The notes: generated by a model not told the origin, from the letters alone. DNA of 63,856 nt, filler included, from Lama guanicoe (GCA_013239625.1; 205 parts of 205 records of this genome joined end to end with filler, not necessarily neighbours in it); one strand, 5' to 3'. Shown: positions 1-12,990, counted from the whole stretch's first letter. Translations and numbers: made by a program.

Positions 1-212
1 AGGAAGGAAGCAGGAGAGCTCGCTCGGGGATGGGCTGCCCTGTTCCCTCCTGACCTTCCCTCTCCCCGATCAAGGATCTGGTGCAGAGAGTGGGGGGCTC
101 TGCCAGCCGCCCCACACCTCTCCCAGGATTAGGGACAATCCTTATGGCTACTCCTGAGGGTTTACCCCATGCCAGGCAGCGTGTCAGGACCCAGCTGAGC
201 CTCACATCCTCT

Positions 213-312
213 NNNNNNNNNNNNNNNNNNNNNNNNNNNNNNNNNNNNNNNNNNNNTTAATTAATTAANNNNNNNNNNNNNNNNNNNNNNNNNNNNNNNN
301 NNNNNNNNNNNN
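213..312. other. Synthetic linker N44-TTAATTAATTAA-N44 (first of 204 identical copies)
   Basis: Core at 257-268 is a self-complementary 12-mer with TAA at offsets 2, 6 and 10, giving stops in all six frames. It is identical at every junction. Confidence 0.98.
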
Positions 313-524
313 CTGGTGTGCAGCACAATGTCCCAGTCATGCATATACATACATATATTCTGTTTCATCTTGTTTTTCATCAAAGGTTATTAGAAGCTAT
401 TGAATATAGTCACCAGTTAGGTTTTAATTCCTATAGCTTTGTAATATATTTTGAGATCAGGATGCGTGAAGCCTCCAGATTTGTCCTTCTTTTTTGAGAT
501 TGCATTGGCTATTTGGAACCTTGT
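313..524 (-). mobile_element. Composite L1 fragment: camelid-type L1 3' UTR (313-410) abutting L1 ORF2 sequence (421-524)
   Basis: 313-410 is the reverse complement of the TATGCATGACTGGGACATTGTGCTG.ACACCAG tail also seen at 13437 and 48983. 421-524 (CTATAGCTTTGTAATATATTTTGAGATCAGG...GCCTCCAG) is the antisense L1 ORF2 motif. Confidence 0.8.
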
Positions 525-1247
525 NNNNNNNNNNNNNNNNNNNNNNNNNNNNNNNNNNNNNNNNNNNNTTAATTAATTAANNNNNNNNNNNNNNNNNNNN
601 NNNNNNNNNNNNNNNNNNNNNNNNCAAACACCACTACATACATATATATGGGGAGGTACAAGCTCCAACTAGGTTTTATAGAAAAAATTGCAGGAAGTTG
701 AATCCGGCACTAGGAGACAGACTGAGAAACCAGAGTAAGTGTTTCTCCTACAACCTGTTCCCTTAGTGCTAGATGAACGAACGTGTCTCCACATGTTCAG
801 GTTTGAGAGTAAAGCGTGTGTGAAAGCCGTCCTTCNNNNNNNNNNNNNNNNNNNNNNNNNNNNNNNNNNNNNNNNNNNNTTAATTAATTAANNNNNNNNN
901 NNNNNNNNNNNNNNNNNNNNNNNNNNNNNNNNNNNGTCAGTGCCGGCCCCGCAGCCCAGGGAGCCAAACTGGGGAGTCCTGAGGAGCTCAGAGCTGCTTA
1001 TCCAAACCCCAGGTTCAGGCAGACCTTGCTGCCTTGGCAGCCCTGCCCTCCCTGACTCAGGCACAGAGGAGCAGGACAGAGCGTGGGCTCTGCGGCCTGG
1101 CTTCCCTCTGAGGGGGTGACGGCAATGGGTCCAGCCACGCTGACCCANNNNNNNNNNNNNNNNNNNNNNNNNNNNNNNNNNNNNNNNNNNNTTAATTAAT
1201 TAANNNNNNNNNNNNNNNNNNNNNNNNNNNNNNNNNNNNNNNNNNNN

Positions 1248-1330
1248 TTGTTGTGAGGATGCAGGTGTGTATCACAATGCCTGGCACATAGTTGGCGCTC
1301 ACACATTGGAAGTGATTGTTATTACATGTT
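1248..1330 (+). mobile_element. MIR/L2-type ancient repeat fragment
   Basis: TTGTTGTGAGGAT...AATGCCTGGCACATAGTTGGCGCTCA resembles the MIR 3' core/tail. Confidence 0.6.
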
Positions 1331-2807
1331 CAAAGCATGGCCTCCAGAATAGAGCAAAATTTAATTAACTATGTAGTTTGTGCCTGGTCCCATGGGAGGC
1401 TGAAGATGGGCTAGTGAAAATATAGCTTCATATAACGTTACATCTGCTCATAGTGAGATNNNNNNNNNNNNNNNNNNNNNNNNNNNNNNNNNNNNNNNNN
1501 NNNTTAATTAATTAANNNNNNNNNNNNNNNNNNNNNNNNNNNNNNNNNNNNNNNNNNNNTTTCTCCCAGTTCAATCTTGGGCAAATCACATACCCTCTCC
1601 GGTCTTCATGATGGTTATAGCATTTCTAAGTTGGAAGTCAGAAGGAAATGCTATTCCGCTCCCTTGCTTCTTCTCTTGGCGCTACCTTCTCCCTCCCTCC
1701 ACCCTCGGCCCAGCATCCCCCTGCAGCAGCCATTCTCCACTACTTGTCTTCCCTAATGCAGCCATTCTTTCNNNNNNNNNNNNNNNNNNNNNNNNNNNNN
1801 NNNNNNNNNNNNNNNTTAATTAATTAANNNNNNNNNNNNNNNNNNNNNNNNNNNNNNNNNNNNNNNNNNNNGCTTATAGATAAATGAATATATGTATATA
1901 TGAATGAATTTCTACTATATATATACAATATTTAATTCTATATGCCTAAAATTTTAAAATGTCATATATATTTAAATTAATTTTATTATATATATAAAGG
2001 AATTTCTACCATAATCTTTTAAACTCTAAGGAGATGTCTTTTGGAACTGTCTTGCTGGCCACAGAAGTTATTCTTCATTTATTNNNNNNNNNNNNNNNNN
2101 NNNNNNNNNNNNNNNNNNNNNNNNNNNTTAATTAATTAANNNNNNNNNNNNNNNNNNNNNNNNNNNNNNNNNNNNNNNNNNNNAAGGAGGAAGGAATGAC
2201 CAACTGATGGTAAATGCTGATGGGTCAAGGAAGGAGAGGACTGAGAATTAAACATGCAGAAAATAGTGTGTGTGCGTCAAATAAAAGCCTTTAAGTAAAT
2301 TAGTTTCTTTTTCCATATAAATACCAGAATCTTTCATGAGGCAATAACCCTATAATTATTAAAAACACATCTTTAGAATGAGATGGACCTGGACTNNNNN
2401 NNNNNNNNNNNNNNNNNNNNNNNNNNNNNNNNNNNNNNNTTAATTAATTAANNNNNNNNNNNNNNNNNNNNNNNNNNNNNNNNNNNNNNNNNNNNGGCTG
2501 TGATGGAAGAAACATATGCTTGCTTTGGGGATGTAATGCACAATTACCTGATTGAGCCCTGAGAAATAAACTACAGACGGACAGGGTTGGCGGTTGGTGG
2601 GCCTGTGGAAGAGCCCTTGCTGCCTCCACTTGGTAAGCCAAGGAATGATTGTGGAAAGGGCTTGTTGAAGCTTTTGAACGGTGGCTATGATGTAGCTCAG
2701 ATCTGCCNNNNNNNNNNNNNNNNNNNNNNNNNNNNNNNNNNNNNNNNNNNNTTAATTAATTAANNNNNNNNNNNNNNNNNNNNNNNNNNNNNNNNNNNNN
2801 NNNNNNN

Positions 2808-3019
2808 AGATGTACAATTTGATGAATTTTGATAGATGTATATACCAATGAAACCATTACCACAATCAGGATAGCTAACATTTCCATCACTCCCCAAAAG
2901 ATACAATTTTATAAATCCCAATTTATACCTTCCCACCCCCTTTACCCACTGGTAACCATAAGCTTTGTTGTCTATGTCTGTGAGTCTGTTTCTGTTTTGT
3001 AGATAAGTTCATTTGTGCC
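2808..3019 (-). mobile_element. Two L1 3' UTR fragments (older L1M-type, then cetartiodactyl-type)
   Basis: GATGTACAATTTGATGAATTTTGA...ATTTCCATCACTCCCCAAAAG, followed by TGGTAACCATAAG.TTTGTT.TCTATGTCTGTGAGTCTGTTTCTGTTTTGT. Confidence 0.7.
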
Positions 3020-6000
3020 NNNNNNNNNNNNNNNNNNNNNNNNNNNNNNNNNNNNNNNNNNNNTTAATTAATTAANNNNNNNNNNNNNNNNNNNNNNNNN
3101 NNNNNNNNNNNNNNNNNNNGACAAAGGGTCACCAAGGAAGATCCATTTTTAAACCCTGCTGTCTATAGGGAGTTGGGAGTGACTGATGACTTGTTTTGTA
3201 GTTTCCTGTAAGCTGGTTTTTATGGATGAGTGAGAAATAGGAGTATTTCATTATCAAATATTCTTTCAAAAATAATATCTTTACATATCTCTCGTAGTAG
3301 CTAGAAAGTAGCCTACGACAAGATCAAGTTANNNNNNNNNNNNNNNNNNNNNNNNNNNNNNNNNNNNNNNNNNNNTTAATTAATTAANNNNNNNNNNNNN
3401 NNNNNNNNNNNNNNNNNNNNNNNNNNNNNNNCTGCCCTCCTCTGCTCTCCCCAATGCCAGGGAAGGTGGCACAGAATCCAAAGGAAACATTCAGAGAAAC
3501 AAGCTACAGTTTATTTTACGTACGGTATGTGGACCGTCATTACAATGGCATAGAAAGTGCTCAGTTGAGTACTTGGTGGTGGTGGTGGTGGTGGGGTATT
3601 GAAAGTTAAGATTTTTCTCTAAGAAGGTGTAGATACACCACACNNNNNNNNNNNNNNNNNNNNNNNNNNNNNNNNNNNNNNNNNNNNTTAATTAATTAAN
3701 NNNNNNNNNNNNNNNNNNNNNNNNNNNNNNNNNNNNNNNNNNNGAAACGTGGTTAGTTCACTTTGAGATATACACACCAGATTATAAAGACTGAGTACCA
3801 AAAAAGAATGTAAACCATCTATACCCCACTCCTCTCAGTTTAAGTACTCACTAACTAGCAGCCAATATTGCCAAATAGGTTTTATTTGGATTCTATAAAG
3901 CTTCAAAAAAAAAAACTTTTATAAAATGAGTTACCCATATTTAAAATTCAAATTTNNNNNNNNNNNNNNNNNNNNNNNNNNNNNNNNNNNNNNNNNNNNT
4001 TAATTAATTAANNNNNNNNNNNNNNNNNNNNNNNNNNNNNNNNNNNNNNNNNNNNAGTAGGCATTCAGTCAGCATTTATGGAGTGAATACAACCTGTCAT
4101 GCTCATATGCTAACCCGGTGCTTATTAATAAACCATATTTTTCTTACACCTACCGGAATACATACAGGCCATCGTATTAGAGCAAATGTGGTGAGGTGTT
4201 GGGCTGGGAGCAAGATTACTCACTGACCGTGCGGTCTTGGATTTTTCACTTAGTCCTTTGGGTCATCNNNNNNNNNNNNNNNNNNNNNNNNNNNNNNNNN
4301 NNNNNNNNNNNTTAATTAATTAANNNNNNNNNNNNNNNNNNNNNNNNNNNNNNNNNNNNNNNNNNNNAAGTTGACTTTCCGCTTCCTCTCTCTTTTGACA
4401 AAATACACACTGTCTCAAGTTTCTCAGAGGGCTTTGCAAAGAGGCACCAGCGACTGCTGCGGGAAAGGCAAGGGAAGAGCCAGCGATGCGGGTGCAGCGG
4501 CCAGGCTCCCAGAGCACAGTGAGGGAGGACTCCCCAGGGCGCACAGCCCCGGGGTACCCAGTCCCCGGCTCTCCTCCCCNNNNNNNNNNNNNNNNNNNNN
4601 NNNNNNNNNNNNNNNNNNNNNNNTTAATTAATTAANNNNNNNNNNNNNNNNNNNNNNNNNNNNNNNNNNNNNNNNNNNNCTGCCAGAGGTGAGGGAGGAA
4701 GGTGCCAACTTTCCCAACTAGGGACACAAAGAAGAGAACCCAAAACCTGTGCTCTATCGCTGCCTCCTAGAAAACAGAAAGATCTCTACCGTCTCATCTG
4801 TTGAATTGTTAAATTCAAGCAGAAAAGTGCTCTCTGCTTCAAATGAGTTGGCAGAGGAACCACGCATCCAGCACGATGAGAACCACAGTAANNNNNNNNN
4901 NNNNNNNNNNNNNNNNNNNNNNNNNNNNNNNNNNNTTAATTAATTAANNNNNNNNNNNNNNNNNNNNNNNNNNNNNNNNNNNNNNNNNNNNTTAAGCAGA
5001 GATAAAAGGGTTAAAGTTCTAAATATTTATTTTTGCACACGTCTGTGTGCATATATAACTGGAAAAAATTGCTTCAAAGTCTTGAGTGTGTTTCTGAGTA
5101 GTAGGATTATGGGTAATTTCAATCTTTCCCTTTATGATTTTCTATACTTCCTGGATATTCTGCAATGCATCTGTGTTTCTTTCTAATTGAGAAGTTAAAA
5201 AAANNNNNNNNNNNNNNNNNNNNNNNNNNNNNNNNNNNNNNNNNNNNTTAATTAATTAANNNNNNNNNNNNNNNNNNNNNNNNNNNNNNNNNNNNNNNNN
5301 NNNCTGGACACCTGGGGATGACAGTCCTCCAAAATGAAAATATATTCTTCCTCACCACTTCCTACCTTCCTGAAGGTAGGTAGCTTCCTACCCACCATAA
5401 CTGGTGGCTGCAAATTTCTCTGCTCTTTATTATGCACAAATGCAGACTAGGCAAGTAAGAGCAAATCGAGGCTATTTATTTGGAGACGTTTTTATAAAGG
5501 GATCAGTCACCATCTNNNNNNNNNNNNNNNNNNNNNNNNNNNNNNNNNNNNNNNNNNNNTTAATTAATTAANNNNNNNNNNNNNNNNNNNNNNNNNNNNN
5601 NNNNNNNNNNNNNNNGTTCCAGTCTTTGAGGGTGTTACCGCTAGTAAGCAAAGATTCCCTCCAGACTCTGACAGTGGAGGAAGAAGGGAAATCATTATAA
5701 ACTATGAGCAAAGTATTCCCTGTTTTACTTCCTGATTTTTTTTCACTGTTGTCCTCAGGCTCTGTTTTTGAGAAAATCCTGATGGTGGCCTCAGACAGCA
5801 CGTACCCTTCAGGATGGGACTTTAGAGNNNNNNNNNNNNNNNNNNNNNNNNNNNNNNNNNNNNNNNNNNNNTTAATTAATTAANNNNNNNNNNNNNNNNN
5901 NNNNNNNNNNNNNNNNNNNNNNNNNNNTCTCCATTAAAATATAAACTTGATGGGGAACATAGTATCTGTCTTAGTATCTCAAAGTCTTTGGCATACTGTT

Positions 6001-8735
6001 AATTATAATAAATGTGTTAAATGATTGGAGAATGATGAGTGAAATTAACTACCTGTTAATCTTAATTCAGTTTCATGTTTATATAAATAAATACCACAGA
6101 AAGATTGCAATACAGGTGTTACTCTAAAAATAATTGCATNNNNNNNNNNNNNNNNNNNNNNNNNNNNNNNNNNNNNNNNNNNNTTAATTAATTAANNNNN
6201 NNNNNNNNNNNNNNNNNNNNNNNNNNNNNNNNNNNNNNNTGCAGGAAGCAGCTAACATCTTTCTGGCTTCCTCTTCAGTGCTTAAGTTCGCCCTTTTTCC
6301 CCTGAACAATCAGAGTCTCTCTCAGGCATGGATGTTGAGATCTTTCTGGTAAGTCTTGTAGGTTTCCTTCCCAAATCGTGTAGAAATGTCCAAATTGGTA
6401 GACACATTGTAAATTGTTGGAAGGTAGCTCAGGGCTTTTTCACTCCCTTTANNNNNNNNNNNNNNNNNNNNNNNNNNNNNNNNNNNNNNNNNNNNTTAAT
6501 TAATTAANNNNNNNNNNNNNNNNNNNNNNNNNNNNNNNNNNNNNNNNNNNNTCTACAAATAGACTGAAATGAGAAGATGAATTAAAAAAATCGTTAAATA
6601 CCAGAATTCAAAGTTGAAGATCTGATCTAAGGATGTATTAGACAGGAACTTTGACAGAGACGGGGGCCACATTTAAGAGGCGAAGTTACCTGATTGGGTA
6701 GCCAGTTTTATATGGTGGGCAAAACATAAAGGTGTCAAGATTGATTCTTATTTCCCAAATTGGNNNNNNNNNNNNNNNNNNNNNNNNNNNNNNNNNNNNN
6801 NNNNNNNTTAATTAATTAANNNNNNNNNNNNNNNNNNNNNNNNNNNNNNNNNNNNNNNNNNNNAGTTTTAACAATACAAATGAACACTATTCTTTTATAC
6901 TTTATAATCAAGTTTTCTGGCTTGAGATTCTGACAAACTATATAGACACTGTGAGTTACTATTCCCGAACCTGGGTCTATTTTACCATATGGATACCCAG
7001 TATTATGAAACTGAATCTAAAGATACGTGCAGGAAGCAGAAATGGGAATAGGACACTTACCCCAGAATGTGTACTNNNNNNNNNNNNNNNNNNNNNNNNN
7101 NNNNNNNNNNNNNNNNNNNTTAATTAATTAANNNNNNNNNNNNNNNNNNNNNNNNNNNNNNNNNNNNNNNNNNNNGATGCTGGGCTGAGTATCACAAGCT
7201 GCTATAAGCTCATGAGAGTAAGAATAAAACCTCCCAGGCAGACATCACGAAATTACAGGCAAAGGTTGCACAGCAATTCGCTGGACCCTCCTGCACAATA
7301 AGCCTGGCTGTGATGATGGCAGGAAGGCTGCACAGGATGAGGATCTCTTTTCCTCCCCTATAAATAAGCTTTATTCATGAAGTCCATNNNNNNNNNNNNN
7401 NNNNNNNNNNNNNNNNNNNNNNNNNNNNNNNTTAATTAATTAANNNNNNNNNNNNNNNNNNNNNNNNNNNNNNNNNNNNNNNNNNNNTTAAGAGAGGACA
7501 CTGGGAAGATATGTCTCTTCTCTTTGGACGGCACGGCAACAGATGGATGTTAAGTCTGGAATTGTACAGTCATGGAGAAGCCAGTAAGTGAAGACTGCAA
7601 TGAACAAAGTCAAGACATTCAGAAAAATATGAAGCAGACACAAATCTTGACATCTGGATAGTAGGATAATTTGAACTGATTTTGCAGCAAAAGAAAAATN
7701 NNNNNNNNNNNNNNNNNNNNNNNNNNNNNNNNNNNNNNNNNNNTTAATTAATTAANNNNNNNNNNNNNNNNNNNNNNNNNNNNNNNNNNNNNNNNNNNNT
7801 AAAATACACCAAAATACACTCCAGCCCTTCACACCTTTCACATGGGGCCCCAGGGACTTCTCCCTGGAAACTGGTCCTACCTCTGTCTCCCGCTCACCTG
7901 GTGAAGGCATCACTCACCCTCACCGTATTTTGCTGCTTTGTCGTTGCCTGTTTACTTTTCCTTCCCTCCCTGTGGGGAGGACCTGGAGGGCAGGGGTGGG
8001 TCTGTCCAATCNNNNNNNNNNNNNNNNNNNNNNNNNNNNNNNNNNNNNNNNNNNNTTAATTAATTAANNNNNNNNNNNNNNNNNNNNNNNNNNNNNNNNN
8101 NNNNNNNNNNNAAAAAAATGGCTGCATTTTTATTATACCTATGGCTTCATTTAGAAATACGGAACTCACACCTGCGACTTTATGAATACATTATCGACTT
8201 AATTTTTTTCTTTTAATAAACATAGAGCTGTTCATGAAAAGAAAATACATTCATTATTTTATAGAAGCCAGAAGGAAGTGACTATTACAGAGGAGTAGAG
8301 AAAGCTCTATTTCATCAGCCCCANNNNNNNNNNNNNNNNNNNNNNNNNNNNNNNNNNNNNNNNNNNNTTAATTAATTAANNNNNNNNNNNNNNNNNNNNN
8401 NNNNNNNNNNNNNNNNNNNNNNNTGTTGTTTTATTTTAAGGAGACCAAATATTCCAGCTTACAAATATTTTTGCCAAATGCCTATATTCAAGATAAAAGT
8501 CCAGTTCAGCACAAGCCTAAATTAGCACACTATCTAAATAAGTGAAATCTGAACTCTTCTGATTTTTTGATAAGAAAAGGAGGACAGAAAGGAAGAAAGG
8601 AAGAAAAGAAAAGAAGGAGAAAGAAATAAAAAAAGNNNNNNNNNNNNNNNNNNNNNNNNNNNNNNNNNNNNNNNNNNNNTTAATTAATTAANNNNNNNNN
8701 NNNNNNNNNNNNNNNNNNNNNNNNNNNNNNNNNNN

Positions 8736-8947
8736 CCAATAATTACTTTAAATGTAAATGGGATAAATTCACTAATAGAAAGACGTAGAGGGGCTGAATA
8801 GATTAAAAAAAGAAGAAGAAAGACAAAAACAAGAGCCACATATGTGTTGCTTAAAAGGGATTCACTTCAAAAAAAGGACAAAAAAGTGAAGAGATGGAAA
8901 CAGATATTTTATGCAAATAGAAATGGAAAAAAAAAAAGCTAGAGTAG
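8736..8947 (+). mobile_element. L1 ORF2 endonuclease N-terminus, degenerate
   Basis: Reads ITLNVNGINSLIERRR..., then ..MCCL.., with stops and A-tract expansions. Confidence 0.85.
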
Positions 8948-9359
8948 NNNNNNNNNNNNNNNNNNNNNNNNNNNNNNNNNNNNNNNNNNNNTTAATTAAT
9001 TAANNNNNNNNNNNNNNNNNNNNNNNNNNNNNNNNNNNNNNNNNNNNCTAAAATCTGCTTTGCCCACTCTTAGAGGAGGCCAGAAATGCCAAGGAAATAA
9101 TGTCCCGAGAGGAAAAAGGCCTCCAGCAAGGACTGATAGGAATCAGAGATCAGTATCCCAGCTACCTGAGCCCTAGAGTGTTCAGAGTCCCAATGGGGTC
9201 AAGTTCCAGACACCACAATGGTAACTTGCTTCATTGATTTCAATACCCTACCAGAGTTTNNNNNNNNNNNNNNNNNNNNNNNNNNNNNNNNNNNNNNNNN
9301 NNNTTAATTAATTAANNNNNNNNNNNNNNNNNNNNNNNNNNNNNNNNNNNNNNNNNNNN

Positions 9360-9570
9360 ATAGTCTGTGTTCTGAATTCCATGTTCTAAATTCTGGGTTG
9401 TGTATTCTTATTTCCATATTCTATATTCTATATTCTATTTTCTATATCCTGTGCTCTATATTCTACATTCCGTATTCTTTATTCTATATTCTATGTTCTA
9501 AATTATTTATTCTAAGTTCTCTATTCAGTATTCTGTATTTTATATTCTAAATTCTGTGTTCTGCATTCCA
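9360..9570 (+). repeat. 7-bp-period satellite (TATTCTA/TATTCTG/TGTTCTA variants)
   Basis: Heptamer periodicity throughout, with shared longer motifs at 28391, 60839 and 62711. Confidence 0.9.
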
Positions 9571-10722
9571 NNNNNNNNNNNNNNNNNNNNNNNNNNNNNN
9601 NNNNNNNNNNNNNNTTAATTAATTAANNNNNNNNNNNNNNNNNNNNNNNNNNNNNNNNNNNNNNNNNNNNCCAAGCATGACACAAATATGAGACTAAGTT
9701 CATCAGGAAATGAGTGTGCACATGACCCAGGGCCACACCAACCCATCTACTGCCCTGCACCAGCAACTACAGGAGAAGGCGCCATAAAATCTACAAAATT
9801 CTGCCAGCTCTAAGCTGACAACAGTACTTACAGGCTTCAGGGGCCTCGTGCCAGCCAGGGGAGCTGCTGCACCGGCCAGGGGNNNNNNNNNNNNNNNNNN
9901 NNNNNNNNNNNNNNNNNNNNNNNNNNTTAATTAATTAANNNNNNNNNNNNNNNNNNNNNNNNNNNNNNNNNNNNNNNNNNNNAGGCTTAGAAAAAATGGA
10001 ACAGCAGCTGATGGTTGCCACGGAGTCACCGTCCAGAGCTCCCTTCAGGAGAACCTGCGGCAGGGCATGGTGGGCTGGCAACCCCCAGCGGCCAGTCTCT
10101 CGGAACCGCAGTGGCACACGGGTGGCTCCCAGCTGAGGCCCCAGATCAGAGGCAGAACTAGGGCTGGGCCATTTATGCCCAACACCGGACTCTTNNNNNN
10201 NNNNNNNNNNNNNNNNNNNNNNNNNNNNNNNNNNNNNNTTAATTAATTAANNNNNNNNNNNNNNNNNNNNNNNNNNNNNNNNNNNNNNNNNNNNTATCTT
10301 TATGTTTCAGTGTATCTGGATAAACATCCAGGCAAATGCTTGTAAGCTATGCTAGCTCTAAACTCAACACTTTATCTCCAGCTCATCTTTGGACTTTGGG
10401 TGTCCTCCTTTTACGTACTTACACTTTCCCGGTCTCAGCAGTAAATCCACTTCCTCGAAATGTTTTCTGTCTATCCCCCTTTCCTTGTCTAATTTTGATA
10501 CCAGCANNNNNNNNNNNNNNNNNNNNNNNNNNNNNNNNNNNNNNNNNNNNTTAATTAATTAANNNNNNNNNNNNNNNNNNNNNNNNNNNNNNNNNNNNNN
10601 NNNNNNACACGGTAGAATCCTCCTGTTCTTCAAATTGGTATTTATGTAGATAGACCCACTAACCTAATCCTCCAATACACAGACAAATTAAACGACATAC
10701 TAGCCTACAGGTTTGTCTCCTT

Positions 10723-10782
10723 TAGATAGATAGATATTTTTATAGATAAATAGATAGATAGATAGATAATTAGATAGGCAGG
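10723..10782 (+). repeat. (GATA)n microsatellite, imperfect
   Basis: TAGATAGATAGAT...TAGATAGATAGATAGATAATTAGATAGGCAGGCAG. Confidence 0.85.
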
Positions 10783-12289
10783 CAGAGAGACATACTAGTC
10801 TCCTCCTCCTCCGTTAGANNNNNNNNNNNNNNNNNNNNNNNNNNNNNNNNNNNNNNNNNNNNTTAATTAATTAANNNNNNNNNNNNNNNNNNNNNNNNNN
10901 NNNNNNNNNNNNNNNNNNACTCCTTTCTAAGCATTTTTAATATCATGTTTTATAAGTTTAAAGTATAGTTATAATTTGTTTTTAAATATCAGTGTATTTT
11001 TGATACCCTTTCTTTTATCTAAAAGGAAAATTAGAAAATGGTTTTTCAAAAAATCTAACACTGAGCAAGTTTTCCAGATTCCATCACCTAAGGGATGTTT
11101 TCTTTCTTCAGTTGCACAGAATTTCTCATTNNNNNNNNNNNNNNNNNNNNNNNNNNNNNNNNNNNNNNNNNNNNTTAATTAATTAANNNNNNNNNNNNNN
11201 NNNNNNNNNNNNNNNNNNNNNNNNNNNNNNTGTGAGAATATGAGAGGAGGTGAAAAAGAAAGGAGAGGAAGTAATAGAATGTCCCCTGCTTCTTTTATAT
11301 GAGACTCCCTCTGAAGTTAGTAGTCACAGAAATTATCTCAGAAAATCAAAAGGAAAGTTCTAACATTCTAATTCCTCAAAGGGATGGTGAACCCCAGACC
11401 TATCTGTACCTCCACACCTGTTTACAGCCCACAAGGAAATAANNNNNNNNNNNNNNNNNNNNNNNNNNNNNNNNNNNNNNNNNNNNTTAATTAATTAANN
11501 NNNNNNNNNNNNNNNNNNNNNNNNNNNNNNNNNNNNNNNNNNTCAGTCCGACTTCAGAAAGAAAGATTGGTTTGCCAAATACAAAACATAAAGGGGAAAA
11601 GATGACCAGGGCTGCCGTGTTCATGGCAATAGCTTTCTTATGTGTCCATCATACTCACAGTTTATCTTCACTTGTTAGCAAGTAAAAATCAGGGAGAAAA
11701 TGATCTTTGTCAGAGAGTCCACGTTTATAAGAAGTAGTCAAGGTTTATTATTTTNNNNNNNNNNNNNNNNNNNNNNNNNNNNNNNNNNNNNNNNNNNNTT
11801 AATTAATTAANNNNNNNNNNNNNNNNNNNNNNNNNNNNNNNNNNNNNNNNNNNNTTCTCAAGGTGTTCTTCTTACTCTGTACCACAAGCTGTAGACTTCA
11901 GCCACAAAGGCAGCAGGTGTAATTCATATTATCAACTATGATGTTTTAGGTAAGATAAAATGCTTCGTAAAAGACAGACAGAAATCTGGCAATTAGTACT
12001 TTGTTTCAGAAAGAACGTCAGCTCAACCTGATCACTGTACATACTGCATCGTGAAGTTTTGTTTTTNNNNNNNNNNNNNNNNNNNNNNNNNNNNNNNNNN
12101 NNNNNNNNNNTTAATTAATTAANNNNNNNNNNNNNNNNNNNNNNNNNNNNNNNNNNNNNNNNNNNNAAAATAGTCCATCTAACAATCCTCTTTTAAATTC
12201 ATATAGCATTTTTAACTAGATGGCATTGAGAGAGAGATATATTATTTTCCATTGGCCATCAAATCCTGGATGTCTCCTCTCCTAATACC

Positions 12290-12348
12290 ATCTGTATATC
12301 TACCTAGCTATCTGTCTATCTGTCTATTCATCTATCTATTTATCTATT
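12290..12348 (+). repeat. (TCTA)n degenerate microsatellite
   Basis: TATCTACCTAGCTATCTGTCTATCTGTCTATTCATCTATCTATTTATCTA. Confidence 0.75.
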
Positions 12349-12844
12349 CTCAGATGAAATTAATTCTCAAAAATTAAANNNNNNNNNNNNNNNNNNNNNN
12401 NNNNNNNNNNNNNNNNNNNNNNTTAATTAATTAANNNNNNNNNNNNNNNNNNNNNNNNNNNNNNNNNNNNNNNNNNNNCTGAGAGACTCCCCACCCCTGT
12501 AAATAGTGTCTGTGGGGTGGGGGTAGGTGGGGGGTGCCTTTGCTGACTTGCAGTCAGGCACGTGGGATCCACCAGGATGACGTAACCTAAGTGTGCATGT
12601 GGCCTCATTCATATTTCTGGTGAGTGGACCCCAGGGCATGTGTGCAAAGGCTAACATTTAACAGCCGGGGCTGATAACATGTAGAAAGGANNNNNNNNNN
12701 NNNNNNNNNNNNNNNNNNNNNNNNNNNNNNNNNNTTAATTAATTAANNNNNNNNNNNNNNNNNNNNNNNNNNNNNNNNNNNNNNNNNNNNCCCAAGACAC
12801 TGGCCCCACCTTGCCCCCCCAAAACCTGAAACAAGCCAGTGGCA

Positions 12845-12990
12845 AAAACACCGTACCTACAGAGGAGCAAAGATAAGAATTACATCCAACTTCTCAGAAA
12901 CAGTGCAAGCAAGAGGGGCATGAAGTGAAAATACTGAAGGTATTAAGAGAAGAAAAAAAACCCCCACCAATCTAAAATTCTGTACCTGTA
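12845..12990 (+). mobile_element. Old L1 ORF1 C-terminal fragment
   Basis: Reads TYRGAKIRITSNFS-ETVQAR...LKVLRE...KILY, matching the L1 ORF1 C-terminal motifs. Confidence 0.75.

Noticed and set aside
257..268. TTAA as a piggyBac target site, PacI site or homeodomain site
   Set aside because: It is always centred between exactly 44 Ns on each side and is not sequenced genomic DNA.
2496..2707. Fully open minus-strand frame (ADLSYIIATVQKLQQAL...) with CAG|GTAATT
   Set aside because: No recognisable motif and no acceptor in view, so it is within chance expectation.
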